Of a stretch of 64,000 bases of DNA, positions 62,884-64,000 are shown piece after piece (position 1 is the first letter of the stretch; each line of letters opens with the position of its first letter). The DNA is taken from IMG/VR virus record IMGVR_UViG_3300029893_000002; one strand, 5' to 3'. This DNA is from a virus. The notes beneath the pieces were generated by a model, which was given only the letters and a program-made list of their open reading frames with translations, had not been told where the DNA came from and did no database searches. The position numbers and the translations under genes are program-made.

Positions 62884-63061
62884 GTGTCAATGACACCACG
62901 TACTTGACCCCAGGTACGCGGTGAATGTACACCGTCCATCGGTGCGGTGAGGGAAGGCGCCACGGGTGAGGCAGTCGATCATAGGAACGGCTGTTCCGTG
63001 TGGTGGTTTGCCTCGCGCGAGATCGTTGGACAATGACCACTCGTTGTGACGTCACGTCACA
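62884..63061. promoter_or_regulatory. Lower-GC divergent control region with palindromes GTGTCA-A-TGACAC and TGTGACGTCACGTCACA
   Basis: Read directly; lies upstream of the HTH gene. Confidence 0.5.
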
Positions 63062-63084
63062 GATCTGTGGGGATGGGTAGGGCG

Positions 63085-63324
63085 ATGGACACGGTGTCGA
63101 TCTGGCTCAAGAAGACGCGCGAGAAGAAGGCGCAGACCCAGATGCAGGCTGCGCAAGCGGTCAGTGTCCACGTCATGACCTGGAGCGCGTGGGAGCGGGG
63201 GGCGCAGCTGCCGACGGGGCCGGGCACGATCGCGCGGATCGCCCGCTGGGCGGACGTCTCGATCGAGTCGGTCCTTCGGCGCGTCCAGCGGTCGGACAAG
63301 CAGCGGCTCGAGGCCGCGGGCTGA
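63085..63324 (+). CDS. XRE-family HTH transcriptional regulator
   Basis: LKKTREKK.QTQ.QAA..V.V..WSAWERG..P. Confidence 0.85.
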   Translation: MDTVSIWLKKTREKKAQTQMQAAQAVSVHVMTWSAWERGAQLPTGPGTIARIARWADVSIESVLRRVQRSDKQRLEAAG

Positions 63325-63431
63325 GCGAGGCGCCTCCCCGGGCGGGGAGGCTCTCGGGCCCGCGGTCTTCGGCACGCGATCCAGCGTGACGGTAGCCCCG
63401 GGCCCAGACGTGTTTCGAGGGGCTCAAGAGG

Positions 63432-64000
63432 ATGGCGGACCGGCAGGACGACGACAACCTGTCGAACAAGAAGGCGGGGGTGGTCATCGATCTGCCACTC
63501 GACCGCGAGATCTCGGCCGAGCACCGCGATCACCTCCGCTCGAGCGGCCTCAGCGACGAGACGATCGAGGCGGCCGCCCTCTACACGCTCCGCCACCAGA
63601 CCGCGATCGCGCAGATGCTCGGCTGGTCTCGCTGGCGCAACGGACCGGTCCTCGTCTTTCCCTACATGGCGCCCGGCCAGGAGACGCCGATCTTCTACCG
63701 CGTCCGGCCCGACCAGCCCCGGACGCGCAAGGCCAAGGACGGCAAGCGCAAGATCATCAAGTACGAGCAGCCGAAGGGGGTCGGGATCGCGCCCTACTTC
63801 ACGCCGCGCACGCTCGCCGAGGGCTGGCTCGAGGACCCGCGGCGGCCGCTCGTCTTCACCGAGGGCGAAAAGAAGGCGCTCCTTCTCGACCAGCTCGGCT
63901 ACGCGACCATCGGCGGCGCGGGCGTCTGGTGCTTCCACGATCCCGCGGCGCGCGATGAGGGCGGCGGCTTTCAGCTGCACCCGCTGATCCGCGATCACGC
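63432..64000 (+). CDS. DUF3854-type primase/Toprim protein (partial, runs off window)
   Basis: Manual translation: HL.SSGL, FPY, R.RPD.P, KYEQPKG, TEGEKKA, GVW. Confidence 0.85.
   Translation, partial: MADRQDDDNLSNKKAGVVIDLPLDREISAEHRDHLRSSGLSDETIEAAALYTLRHQTAIAQMLGWSRWRNGPVLVFPYMAPGQETPIFYRVRPDQPRTRKAKDGKRKIIKYEQPKGVGIAPYFTPRTLAEGWLEDPRRPLVFTEGEKKALLLDQLGYATIGGAGVWCFHDPAARDEGGGFQLHPLIRDH

Noticed and set aside
63045-63061. CRP/FNR site
   Set aside because: TGTGA and TCACA are 7 nt apart, not 6; kept only as a generic palindrome.
18000-64000. Many long overlapping antisense ORFs (e.g. 18000..19661, 20366..22060, 37754..39280, 60110..61798, 63057..63998)
   Set aside because: Expected in GC-rich DNA opposite real genes; no motifs or translation signals.

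Overview
GC-rich, gene-dense window with no host housekeeping operons, most consistent with a large phage or phage-like/plasmid element. No capsid or terminase gene is recognisable here, so the element type is an inference. Left to right: small hypothetical ORFs with two tandem N4/N6 DNA methyltransferases (1-12.7 kb); a minus-strand array of 42 tRNAs covering all 20 amino acids, with an embedded HNH gene, a permuted tRNA-like (YrlA-like) RNA and an attenuator-like leader (12.7-18 kb); membrane-anchored cell-wall enzymes, ART-fold, ParB-like, GP88, RyR and HAD proteins (18-28 kb); a compact CRISPR locus with a 496-aa TnpB/Cas12-like effector whose RuvC-I Asp is replaced by Asn, six perfect 36-nt repeats, a long degenerate trailer and a divergent tyrosine recombinase (28-33.3 kb); a RadC pair, sigma-70 factor, amidase, tmRNA, kinase, phosphatase, PcfJ pair and holin-like gene (33-53 kb); seven tandem LamG-like genes and putative structural genes (54.6-61.8 kb); an HTH regulator and a partial DUF3854-type primase. 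The strongest novelty candidate is the probably nuclease-dead, array-associated TnpB/Cas12-like system. All family assignments are from motif recognition by eye; no searches were run.
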